Origin: Macrostomum lignano
Lineage: Eukaryota
DNA: 64,000 bases
Assembly (NCBI GenBank): GCA_002269645.1
Contig: NIVC01001242.1
Location: forward strand, 186,001-250,000
Reading direction: 5' to 3'
The position numbers were made by a program, and so were the translations under genes. Position 1 is the stretch's first letter, and the number at the start of each line of letters is the position of its first letter. Positions 12,657-24,937 of this stretch are shown piece by piece. The notes beneath the pieces were generated by a model. The model did not search any database. It saw nothing but the letters and a program-made list of their open reading frames with translations, and was not told the origin of the DNA.

Positions 12657-15600
12657 TCAGAGATAAGTGGACTGTTGAGTTGTGTAGCTGCCCCATACGG
12701 GCGGACCGCTGTCGCTCATTGCGGATTTGTCCGCGGGTTTCTCGGAAAGCTCGACGTTGATTTGGCATTTCTAAGAATTGCGTGCAGGTTGGGGCGCTTT
12801 AGTGTGCATAGTTCACAATTATGTAGAACTAAAATTATTATTCATGATCAGTATGTTGAATTTAAATTCATCTTTAATCCTTTAATTCCTCTAGCTGTTG
12901 GGTTTTAATCCTTCGTGGATTTTAATCCTTCGAATTCGTCCTATATCTAATCAAATGGATATCTCATCTAATGAATATCTAATCCAATCGATATCTAACT
13001 AATCCATCGATATCTAAGCCATAGAGATCTAATCCATCGATATATAATCCATAGAGATCTAATTCATCGATATCTAATCCATTGATATCTAATCCATCAA
13101 TATTTAATCTATCGATATCTAATCCATAGGGATCTAATCCATCGATATCTAATATATCGATATCTAATCCATATCGATATCTAATCCAATGGATATCTAA
13201 TCCATCGATATCTAATCCATAGAGATGAATATCTTATTCATGGATATCTAATCGATTAAGATCTAATCTACATGTATCTGTTTAACCTGTAGACGACACT
13301 AGACTTTCAAGAGTACACTGTGTACTTTCATTAGAAACATCAATTCAATTCTCACCACAAAGCGTCTCATTACGGGCAGAATGTACTTCTCCTCTGCGGC
13401 CTCGGCATCCGGGTTGAGCAGAGTCGGTAGGCTGAGCAGAAGGCCCACCAGCAGGCAGGAGGCCGCCCCAATCAGGCCGTACCACTGGAAGGAAATGCTG
13501 TAGAAATACTCGTCCAACAGGCTGGATCCGGACGCATTGTCCAGTACCGCAGACGATGTCATCCAATCAGCAGTCAATGTGGTACTTTGCAAAACAGCTG
13601 ACTCTTCATTCCGACTGCAGTTTCTTGTTGCCAGGGGCAGCATAATCGCCTTGGCAACACCAGGACTAATGAATGCTCCAAGGCAGAGCCAGCCAACCAG
13701 AGCCAGAGATACCAGCGAGCCAATGAAAGCACTTTGCCAGGTGCTTTTCGGGACGCAGGTTGCCAGAAGGTAGATTCCCAATGTAGCACCGGTTGTCGCG
13801 TTCAGCAGCGACCCGGATATTTGTTTCAGGGAAATTCCGGTCAGCTGGGCGGATGCGAACGCCAGGATGCTGCCGAGAAGGCCATAGACAACCACTGTTG
13901 AATGGGTTGTGTGGCCGTACAGATACATGTACACGAGTGGACAGGTGTTCATGTGCGTTCGTGTTGAATAGCGAAAGCAAACGGAACTTCTATGCAACGA
14001 AGATTATAAGACACATGTTTGGGCACTGTTGATTCACTGTTGGGTACCTGAGAGATGACATTGTTGGGTAACTGAAAGGGGACACTGGGGTCACTGATAG
14101 GGACACTGTTGGGTCACTGATAGGGGTCCTGTAGGGTCACTGATAGGGGTCCTGTAGGGTCACTGATGAGGGCCCTGTTGGGTCACCGATAGGAACACTG
14201 CTGGGTCACTGATAGAGACATTGTTGGGTCACTGATAGGGACACTGTTGGGTCACTGATAGGGACACTGTTGGGTCACTGATAGGGCCACTGTTGGGTCA
14301 CTGATAGGGACACTGTTGGGTTACTGATAGGGACACTGCTGGGTTACTGATAGGGACACTGTTGGGTCACTGATAGGGACACTGCTGGGTTACTGATAGG
14401 GACACTGCTGGGTTACTGATAGGGACACTGTTGGGTCACTGATAGGGACACTGCTGGGTTACTGATAGAGACACTGTTGGGTCACTGATAGGGACACTGC
14501 TGGGTCACTGATAGAGACACTGTTGGGTCACTGATAGGGACTCAATTAGACTCATGCTGGTTCAGTGTGGGGGACACTGTTCAGTCGTTGACAGAGGAAC
14601 TGTTTGGTCAGCGGGCACTGTTGGTCACTGAGGAGGGCGTTGTGGAGGGACACTGTGGGGACAAACTCTTGACCTTTCAAACAGACGTGATTGTGCTAGC
14701 TAGAAAATCTGTAACATGGCAGTAGAAAAATTTTCATTCAATCTCATTATACAAGTAAAGTTGAAAATATTAATTTACCGAGCCATTTCGTGGCCAAGGT
14801 GGCCTGTCTGTCGGTCAACTGTCTGCATGGCTGTAGAAAGTCGATCACGGTCACGGCTGCTTGCGAGTTCAGTACGGTGCTGGTGGTACTGTGGAGGTTT
14901 TTGTTATAGTTTAGTGTTACATGCATTTCGGAGATGATGCATCAAATAGAATTCATAATTGGTAATATCCGTATTATCCTATATACTAGGACTTTCACCT
15001 GAAAGCTCCACTGAGAATGCAGGCCACGATAATCCCGGGCAGAGCTGGAATGTCCATCTCGTGTCTCACGTAGTATGGAAGCAGCTGGGAGTATTATGGG
15101 AGCGAGTTGAAGGTGTTTTAAATTTTGAAATTTTACAACACCTTTATTGGACTATGTAAGCACTTCCATTAGACTCTGTGTAAACACCTCGATTAAACTG
15201 TGTGTAAACACTTCCATTAGTCTTTATGTAAACACCTCCATTAGACTCTATGTAAACACCTCCATTAGCATCTGTGTAAACACTTCCATTAGCCTCTGTG
15301 TAAACACCTCCATTAGCCTCTGTGTAAACACCTCCATTAGACTCTGTGTAAACACCTCCATTAGACTCTGTGTAAACACCCTTCATTAGACTTTGTGTAA
15401 ACACCTCAATTAGACTCCTGTGTAAACACCTCCATTAGCATCTGTGTAAACACCTCCATTAGCATCTGTGTAAACACCTCCATTAGCATCTGTGTAAACA
15501 CCTCCATTAGCATCTGTGTAAACACCTCCATTAGCATCTGTGTAAACACCTCCATTAGCATCTGTGTAAACACCTCCATTAGCATCTGTGTAAACACCTC

Positions 15601-18600
15601 CATTAGCCTCTGTGTAAACACCTCCATTAGCATCTGTGTAAACACCTCCATTAGCATCTGTGTAAACACCTCCATTAGCCTCTGTGTAAACACCTCCATT
15701 AGCATCTGTGTAAACACCTCCATTAGCATCTGTGTAAACACCTCCATTAGCATCTGTGTAAACACCTCCATTAGCCTCTGTGTAAACACCTCCATTAGCA
15801 TCTGTGTAAACACCTCCATTAGCATCTGTGTAAACACCTCCATTAGCATCTGTGTAAACACCTCCATTAGCCTCTGTGTAAACACCTCCATTAGCATCTG
15901 TGAAAACACCTCCATTAGCCTCCGTGTAAACGCCTTCATTAGACTCTGTGTAAACACCTCCATTAGACTCCTGTGTAAACACCTTCATTAGATTCCTGTG
16001 AAAACACCTCCATTAGACTCTGTGTAAACACCTTCATTAGATTCCTGTGAAAACACCTCCATTAGATCCCTGTGAAAACACCTCCATTAGACTCTGTGTA
16101 AACACCTCCATTAGACTCCTGTGTAAACACCTCCATTAGATTCCTGTGAAAACACCTCCATTAGACTCCTGTGTAAACACCTTCATTAGATTCCTGTGAA
16201 AACACCTCCATTAGACTCCTGTGTAAACACCTTCATTAGATTCCTGTGAAAACACCTCCATTAGACTCCTGTGTAAACACCTTCATTAGATTCCTGTGAA
16301 AACACCTCCATTAGACTCCTGTGTAAACACCTTCATTAGATTCCTGTGAAAACACCTCCATTAGACTCCTGTGTAAACACCTTCATTAGATTCCTGTGAA
16401 AACACCTCCATTAGACTCCTGTGTAAACACCTTCATTAGATTCCTGTGAAAACACCTCCATTAGACTCCTGTGTAAACACCTTCATTAGATTCCTGTGAA
16501 AACACCTCCATTAGACTCCTGTGTAAACACCTTCATTAGATTCCTGTGAAAACACCTCCATTAGACCCCGGTGTATACAACTCCATTAGATTCCTGTGAA
16601 AACACCTCGATTAGATTCCTGTGTAAACACCTCCATTAGATTCCTGTGTAAACACCTCCATTAGATTCCTGTGTAAACACCTCCATTAGACGCTTCAATC
16701 AAACAGTTATGTCAGCTTATCCATGATAAAATATTGTCAGAAAATCTCATCTAACCGTCAAAGGACACTATCAAGACTTACCAATTACCAATTAGAAAAT
16801 TACCAATCAATCAAACGAACCTGATTGACAGATTTGATAAGTCCATCAGAGTAGGGGTCGCAGCCGCGAATTGTATAAAACGAGAACAGAGTGTAACCAG
16901 CGAATGCCAACAGGATGAAAAGCAGGGCGACACCCGGCACATTGAGCAGAATCGACCTTATGGAGAGTTGAACAACTTGTTGGAATTTGAGCTTTTAATT
17001 GGAAAGTGCAACTTTTTTGCAAAATTTGTTTTTTAGCGACAGAGAGAAAGAGTGAGATTGAAATATAGGAAGGAAAAGAAAGAGAAGGAAGGAGTGAGGA
17101 AAGTGGGAGAGGAGCTGGGGAAGAGGAAAAATGACAAAGATAGATGAACGTAGAGGGATTAGAGGGACCGAGGGAGACGGAGAGAGAGGGAGACAATAGA
17201 GGAAGAGAGGGACAGAGAAGGATAGAGGGACAGAGGGATAGAGTGGGATAGAGGGATAAAGGGATAAAGGGACAGACAGGGATAGAGGGATAGAGAGGGA
17301 TAGAAGGGGAAGGACAGAGAGGGATAGAGAGGGATAGAAGGACAGAGAGGGATAGAGAGTGACAGAGAGGGACAGAGAGGGACAGAGAGGGACAGAGAGG
17401 GACAGAGAGGGACAGAGAGGGACAGAGAGGGATAGAGAGGGATAGAGAGGGACAGAGAGGGACAGAAAGGGACAGAGAGGGACAGAGAGGGACAGAGAAG
17501 GATAGAGAGGGACAGAGAGGGACAGAGAGGGATAGAGAGGGACAGAGAGGGACAGAGAGGGACAGAGAGGGACAGAGAGGGACAGAGAGGGACAGAGAGG
17601 GATAGAGAGGAATAGAGAGGGACAGAGAGGGACAGAGAAGGATAGAGAGGGACAGAGAGGGACAGAGAGGGATGGAGAGGGACAGAGAGGGACAGAGAGG
17701 GACAGAGAGGGATAGAGAGGGATAGAGAGGGATAGAGAGGGACAGAGAGGGACAGAGAGGGACAGAGAGGGACAGAGAGGGACAGAGAGGGATAGAGAGG
17801 GACAGAGAGGGACAGAGAGGGATAGAGAGGGACAGAGAGGGACAGAGAGGGACAGAGAGGGATAGAGAGGGATAGAGAGGGACAGAGAGGGACAGAGAGG
17901 GACAGAGAGGGACAGAGAGGGATAGAGAGGGACAGAGAGGGACAGAGAGGGATGGAGAGGGACAGAGAGGGACAGAGAGGGACAGAGAGGGATAGAGAGG
18001 AATAGAGAGGGACAGAGAGGGATAGAAGGATAGAGGGAATAGCTGCAGGTTGAGCTGTCGGTTGCACATCTGCTCATTAGGACAGGTGTAAGCAATTCCT
18101 AAAATTATTATTATCATTGTTATAATTTTGAATTATTATAGTAATATTCAGTAATAAAATTTACCATTTCGCCTTGGTCAGACTCGGCAACGAAGCGAAC
18201 CGTTGAAAAGCGGCCTGGTTGGGTCCGTACCAGGGAATCCAGCCGAACATGACCCCGATTGTGCCCGACCAGACTGTCAGTCGAGTGCGCGGATCCGGAC
18301 TCCAGTTCAGGCTGTCAAATCTATCCCAATATGAGTTGGTGGACAGCACCGCCGATAGACCCCCGGAGTCTAAACCGGCCTTGAATGAGGTTTTTTGAAG
18401 GGGGAATTCGCCTGGTATTCCCATTTTTAGTGGGATTCTCTTGGGATTGCCCTTTGTAGTGGTATTCTCTCGGGATTCCCCTTTTGTAGTGGGATTCTCT
18501 TGGGATTCCCTTTGTAGTTGGATTATATTGAGATCCCCCTTTGTAGTGGTATTCTCTTGGGATTCCCCTTTGCAGTGGGATTCTCTCGGGATGCCCCTTT

Positions 18601-20984
18601 TGTAGTTGGATTCTCTTGCAATTCCCCCTTCGAAGTGGGATTTTTTGGGATTCTCCTTTGTTGTGGGATTCTCTTGGGATTCTCTTTTGCATTGGGATTC
18701 TCTTGGGATTCTCTTTTGCAGTGGGATTCTCTTAGGATTCTCTTTTGCATTGGGATTCTCTTGGGATTCTCTTTTGCATTGGGATTCTCTTGGGATTCTC
18801 TTTTGCAGTGGGATTCTTTCGGGATTCCCCTTTTGTAGTGGGATTCTCTTGGGATTCCCTTTGTAGTTGGATTATATAGGGATCCCCCTTTGTAGTGGTA
18901 TTCTCTTGGGATTCCCCTTTGCAGTGGGATTCTCTCGGGATGCCCCTTTTGTAGTTGGATTCTCTTGCAATTCCCCCTTCGAAGTGGGATTTTTTGGGAT
19001 TCTCCTTTGTTGTGGGATTCTCTTGGGATTCTCTTTTGCATTGGGATTCTCTTGGGATTCTCTTTTGCATTGGGATTCTCTTGGGATTCCCCTTTGAAGT
19101 GGGATTCTCTTGGGATTCTCTTTTGCATTGGGATTCTCTTGGGATTCCCCTATGCAGTGGGATTCTCTCGGGATTCCCCTTTTGTAGTGGGATTCTCTTG
19201 GGATTCCCTTTGTAGTTGGATTATATAGGGATCCCCCTTTGTAGTGGTATTCTCTTGCATGGGATTCCCCTTTGCAGTGGGATTCTCTCGGGATTCCCCT
19301 TTTGTAGTTGGATTCTCTTGCGATTCCCCTTTTGAAGTGGGATTCTTTTGGGATTCTCCTTTGTAGTGGGATTCTCTTGGGATTCTCTTTTGCATTGGGA
19401 TTCTCTTGGGATTCTCTTTTGCATTGGGATTCTCTTGGGATTCCCCTTTGAAGTGGGATTCTCTTGGGATTCTCTTTTGCATTGGGATTCTCTTGGGATT
19501 CCCCTATGCAGTGGGATTCTCTCGGGATTCCCCTTTTGTAGTGGGATTCTCTTGGGATTCCCTTTGTAGTTGGATTATATAGGGATCCCCCTTTGTAGTG
19601 GTATTCTCTTGCATGGGATTCCCCTTTGCAGTGGGATTCTCTCGGGATTCCCCTTTTGTAGTTGGATTCTCTTGCGATTCCCCTTTTGAAGTGGGATTCT
19701 TTTGGGATTCTCCTTTGTAGTGGGATTCTCTTGGGATTCTCTTTTGCATTGGGATTCTTTTGGGATTCTTTTTTGTAATGGGACTCTCTTGAGATTCCCC
19801 TTTGAAGTGGAATTCTTTTGGGATTCTCATTTTAGTGAAAATTCCTTGGGATTCGTCTGGGTAATTATAGATTCTCTATGAATTTCTCTGAGTAGTTAGA
19901 TTCTCTTGAGATTCCCCTGGGTATTGGGATTCCCCTAGATATTGGGATTCACCTGGGTATGGGGATTCCCCTTGATATTGGAATTCACCTGGGTACGGGG
20001 AATCCCCTGTGCAGTTGGTTTATCTTTGTATTTCTTTCGTACGAGTATTTTCGAGTAAACTCTATGAACTTTTATCAAATTCCTTGCTAAGAAATTGCCT
20101 GGAGCCTATTTAGAAAGGAATAGATAAGTTTACCACCATGCTCAAGACCAGTGCAGTATAAACAAATCTTCTCTTTTTACCTTGAGAATCAATGCCACCA
20201 GGCCAATCAGGATGAACGCCGATTGAAAAACATCCGACCAGATCACGGCTTTGATTCCACCCTGTAAAGTTTCGAATTTCTCAGCCTTAAATGTTATAAT
20301 CTAGATTATTATCGAATATGACGTAGCATTGAGAACAATTTTTAATGTGATTTACTAAAGCCGTGTAGATCACGGACACGCAGCCAATGATGATTATGCC
20401 TATCCATTCGGGAATGCCAAGCACTGGGAAATATTGTTGAAAATTAATATTACGCAACTTAGTAATTATATTTATAATAAGCAATAATTGTAAGAAAACT
20501 TTGAGCATCCTGAGCACACACAGGCAGTCTCACCTGCATCCAAAGCGATGGCTGGAGCGAGTTGAGCTACAGCCAAGTACAGAGTCTGTAAATTTTAATA
20601 GCTTCAGTGCTAAAGTGACAAAATATTTGTTAAATTGAATTAGCAAAGAAGAACAAAATGCTATCTGTAAGTTATTTACTTACACTTGTGAAAACGTACA
20701 AAATAGTGGTCCAGTATCTTATGAAGCGATTTTTATACCTTAGTTCCAGGTACTAAAATTAGAAATAATATTATAGTTATTCTTTATTTCAGATTATAAT
20801 TAGGATCTCAATTGAATCACATTACAATATTATTTAAATTTTTGTGATTGACTGATTAATTAATTAATTAATTTATAATTTTTGAGTGATGGATTGATAG
20901 TATGATTGATTAATTGATTGATAGTATGATTGATTAATTGATTGATAGTTTGATTGATTGATTGATTGATTGATTAATTGATTA

Positions 20985-21062
<78 letters not shown>

Positions 21063-24000
21063 GGATTGGTTAATTGATTGCTGGAGTGATTGATTGAGAT
21101 ATCATTAGAATCTCAGTTCAATCTCATCAGAATCTCAAATCAATCTCATCAGAATCTCATTTTAATCTAATCAAAATCTCAGTTCAATCTCAGCAGAATC
21201 TCAATTCAATCTCATTAGAATCTCAATTCAATCTCATCAGAATCTCAATTCAATCTCATTAGAATTTCAATTCAATCTCATCAGAATCTCAATTCAATCT
21301 CATCAGAATCTCGTGAGAATCTCATTTCAATCTCATCAGAAGTTAAAATGCGATTTCTTCCCAATATGAACCAACTTTTATTGGAGTATTAAATTAGGCA
21401 ATAAATAAATTCAAATAGAATCCCAAGTACCTCATATATTTCCAGCTCGTAGAACAAGGGCACAAATGTGGTAGCGCGGACAATGCAGGCCAAAGAGATG
21501 CCAACAGCTGTCACATTGTAGTGACTGCCGAAATAGAATATCTCTGCCGGCGAACCTGGAAATATGACGCACTTTTATGCAGCTACTGTCAGTAGTGTGA
21601 GTTTAAGGCACAAATTAATTTTTGTCATAGCTAAATCTGAACTGAATCTCAACTGAATCTCAACTGAATCTCAACTGAATCTCAACCAAATCTCGACTGA
21701 ATCTCAACTGAATCTCAACTGAATCTCGACTGAATTCCAAACTGAATCTCAGCTGAATCTCAACTGAATCCCAACTGAATCTCAACCGAATCTCAGCTGA
21801 ATCTCAACTGAATCTCAACTGAATCTCGACTGAATCTAAACTGAATCTCAGCTGAATCTCAACTGAATCCCAACTGAATCTCAACCGAATCTCCACTGAA
21901 TCTCAACTGAATCTCAACTGAGTCTCAACCGAATCTCAACTGAATCTCATCTGAATCTCAACTGAATCTCAACTGAATCTCAACTGAATCTCAACCGAAT
22001 CTCAACTGAATCTCAACTAAATCTCAACTGAATCTCAACCAAATCTCAACTGGGTTCAACTGAATCTCAACTGAATCTCCAAGGTATGCAAGCAGTGGCT
22101 CAACTAAATTGGAACTATTTTGAAAGTCGATACCATAAAGTTCATGCGTTTTTCACCTGCGAACTGATTAGAATAAGCAGCTCAATGCTGGTAACCCAAT
22201 ACGATCTCTCAGTCAGTTTGCGGACTGCGTCACCGATAGCAAAATTCGAGTTGATTTGAATTCAAGCACTGAGCGTGTTTACATGCAGCTGTTCTACCTG
22301 TCTGTGAATCTCTTGACCGATTATGCAAATTGGCTGCTTGTTGAGTGACTTCTCTAAGCTGGAGAGGTGTCACCTTGGATCATCAGTTTCCATTAGTAAT
22401 GAGTTGCAACTGTCTTTTGACTAGTTTGAAAATTGACTCAATTTAAACAATTGAAATACGTTAAAATTCAGTTGAGATTCAGTTGAGATTCAGTTGAGAT
22501 TCAGTTGAGATTCAGTTGAGATTCAGCTGGGATTCAGTTCAGATTCAGCTGAGATTCAGTTCAGATTCAGTTCAGATTCAGTTGAGATTCAGTTGAGATT
22601 CAGTTGAGATTCAGTTGAGATTCAGTTATGATTCAGTTGAGATTCAGTTGAGATTCAGTTGAGATTCAGTTGAGATTCAGTTGAGATTCAGTTAAGATTC
22701 AGTTGAGATTCAGTTGAGATTCAGTTCAGATTCAGTTAAGATTCAGTTAATTAAGATTCAGTTGAGATTCAGTTGAGATTCAGTTCAGATTCAGTTAAGA
22801 TTCAGCTGAGATTCAGCTGAGATTCAGTTAAGATTCAGTTGAGATTCAGTTGAGATTAAGTCGAGATTCAGTTGAGATTCAGTTAATTAAGATTCAGTTG
22901 AGATTCAGTTGAGATTCAGTTGAGATTCAGTTATGATTCAGTTCAGATTCAGCTGAGATTCAGTTGAGATTCAGTTGAGATTCAGTTGAGATTCAGTTAT
23001 GATTCAGTTGAGATTCAGTTGAGATTCAGTTGAGATTCAGTTGAGATTCAGTTGAGATTCAGTTAAGATTCAGTTGAGATTCAGTTGAGATTCAGTTCAG
23101 ATTCAGTTAAGATTCAGTTGAGATTCAGTTATGATTCAGTTAAGATTCAGTTGAGATTCAGTTGAGATTCAGTTGAGATTCAGTTGAGATTCAGTTGAGA
23201 TTCAGTTGAGATTCAGTTATGATTCAGTTGAGATTCAGTTGAGATTCAGTTGAGATTCAGTTGAGATTCAGTTGAGATTCAGTTAAGATTCAGTTGAGAT
23301 TCAGTTGAGATTCAGTTCAGATTCAGTTAAGATTCAGTTAATTAAGATTCAGTTGAGATTCAGTTGAGATTCAGTTGAGATTCAGTTAAGATTCAGCTGA
23401 GATTCAGCTGAGATTCAGTTAAGATTCAGTTGAGATTCAGTTGAGATTAAGTCGAGATTCAGTTGAGATTCAGTTAATTAAGATTCAGTTGAGATTCAGT
23501 TGAGATTCAGTTGAGATTCAGTTATGATTCAGTTCAGATTCAGCTGAGATTCAGTTGAGATTCAGTTCAGATTCAGTTGAGATTCAGTTCAGATTCAGCT
23601 GAGATTCAGTTGAGATTCAATTGAGATTCAGTTGAGATTCAGTTCAGATTCAGTGCAGATTCAGTTAAGATTCAGTTAATTAAGATTCAGTTGAGATTCA
23701 GTTATGATTCAGTTAAGATTCAGTTAATTAAGATTCAGTTGAGATTCAGTTGAGATTCAGTTGAGATTCAGTTGAGATTCAGTTGAGATTCAGTTGAGAT
23801 TCAGTTGAGATTCAGTTGAGATTCAGTTATGATTCAGTTGAGATTCAGCTGAGATTCAGCTAAGATTCAGTTCAGATTCAGCTGAGATTCAGTTGAGATT
23901 CAATTGAGATTCAGCTGAGATTCAATTGAGATTCAGTTGAGATTCAGTTGAGATTCAATTGAGATTCAGTTGAGATTCAGTTGAGATTCAATTGAGATTC

Positions 24001-24344
24001 AGTTGAGATTCAGTTGAGATTCAGCTGAGATTCAGCTGAGATTCAGTTGAGATTCAGTTGAGATTCAGTTCAGATTCAGTTGAGATTCAGCTGACATCCA
24101 CGTACATCAAAAGCAAGCTGTCAGTCTTGTAATCATTACATGACACAAACGTACCTAGCAGAGAAATGGCGGACCAAAAGGACACAAGAATTGAGATGGC
24201 CACCGGTAGCAACTGCAGATTTCGGTTTCCAAGAAGGTACTCCTTAGTGGTTTGTTGCCGGCCGCCAGTGCACGAGGTGTACACCCCAATAGCAACAGAT
24301 GACAGACAGATCAAGGCGATAAGGACGTAGTCTATGGGGTGCAT
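12657..24344 (-). CDS. SLC5A8: SLC5 sodium:solute symporter (SLC5A8/SLC5A6-like, monocarboxylate/multivitamin subfamily), 12 exons, 594 aa
   Basis: Exons 24344-24155, 21555-21431, 20752-20684, 20585-20534, 20423-20356, 20261-20181, 18379-18165, 16956-16821, 15084-14999, 14888-14779, 13894-13356, 12770-12657 all join in phase (1785 nt). Motifs: EYLLGNR, LPVAISILVSFWSAISLLGSPAE, YEYLELRY, GGIKAVIWSDVFQ, PDPRTRLTVWS, NQAAFQRF, CDPY, LPGIIVACILSGAFST, YSISFQWY. The symbol is a subfamily-level assignment. Confidence 0.92.
12950..13270. repeat. ~15-bp minisatellite (ATCGATATCTAATCC) in SLC5 intron 11
   Basis: Tandem units. Confidence 0.85.
14050..14545. repeat. 23-bp minisatellite (CTGATAGGGACACTGTTGGGTCA) in SLC5 intron 10
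   Basis: ~20 tandem units. Confidence 0.9.
15155..16690. repeat. 24/25-bp minisatellite (TGTGTAAACACCTCCATTAGCATC) in SLC5 intron 8
   Basis: ~60 units; a 24-bp zone followed by a 25-bp zone with 50-bp dimers. Confidence 0.95.
17150..18040. repeat. 10-bp repeat (GGGACAGAGA)n in SLC5 intron 7; polypyrimidine on the sense strand
   Basis: Tandem decamer. Confidence 0.95.
18420..19990. repeat. GGGATTC-based minisatellite with ~350-bp higher-order units in SLC5 intron 6
   Basis: Marker GTTGGATTATAT recurs near 18518, 18867, 19215 and 19569. Confidence 0.9.
20890..21340. repeat. (ATTG)n followed by a ~22-bp GAATCTCA-type array in SLC5 intron 2
   Basis: Tandem periodicity. Confidence 0.85.
21640..24090. 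repeat. Inverted pair of 11-bp arrays: (GAATCTCAACT)n at 21640-22080, ~390-bp spacer, (AGTTGAGATTC)n at 22467-24090; foldback-like
   Basis: The two arrays are reverse complements; the same layout recurs at 53790-54772. Confidence 0.92.
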
Positions 24345-24466
24345 GATGGCGGGATGGAGGAAATTTTTGGAAAATGTTGTTGTGTCGAATAAGAACCGAT
24401 TTTGTTTAAATAGAACAGAGTTGTGGTGCTGCAGATATAGTATAGGTACGCTCTGATTGGCTCCAT

Positions 24467-24467
24467 T

Positions 24468-24553
<86 letters not shown>
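24467..24553. repeat. (CT)n microsatellite upstream of the SLC5 start
   Basis: Dinucleotide run. Confidence 0.97.
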
Positions 24554-24555
<2 letters not shown>

Positions 24556-24562
24556 TTCAGCT

Positions 24563-24672
24563 CCTCATCCATTGAGGTCAGTTTCCTTGACATGACCATC
24601 AAGTAAAGCTGAAAACAGCTTCACAACACAACTGTTTTCGAAAGAAACAGACACTCATAGATTGTTGCACCT
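24563..24672 (+). mobile_element. Penelope-like element, reverse transcriptase C-terminal fragment
   Basis: Translates to SSSIEVSFLDMTIK and, after a frameshift, FTTQLFSKETDTHRLLH, matching the PLE FLD...YxKPTDxHxxLH region. Confidence 0.6.
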
Positions 24673-24937
24673 GAAGAGATCGTTTTAGCACACTAGAGAG
24701 AGGGAAAGAGAGAGAGAAAGAGAAGAGAGAAAGAATTAAATCTAGTGTCTAAACGCACGAACTCCCACTTCCAGACCTCAAGCCTGGGAACAAAAAGTTC
24801 AGTGTTCACTTACTGATGCGGGCTCCTCTTCTTTGTCGGGCAGGTTCTCCGAGCTCGTCTCTTCAAATCCTTTTCCTCCGGAGTAGTCTTCTAGAATCGG
24901 CCGAATATGAGAGCTTAATAACTTTGTCCGTCGACGT

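Noticed and set aside
22080-22467. Integrase-like reading in the foldback spacer (HRQVEQLHVNTL..SYWV)
   Set aside because: Interrupted by stops in both copies and the similarity is too vague
24640-24700. Hammerhead ribozyme core (CTGAAGA) near the Penelope fragment; also CTGATGA at ~168, ~4198 and ~58590
   Set aside because: No properly paired stem II followed by GAAA could be built; an Infernal search would be decisive
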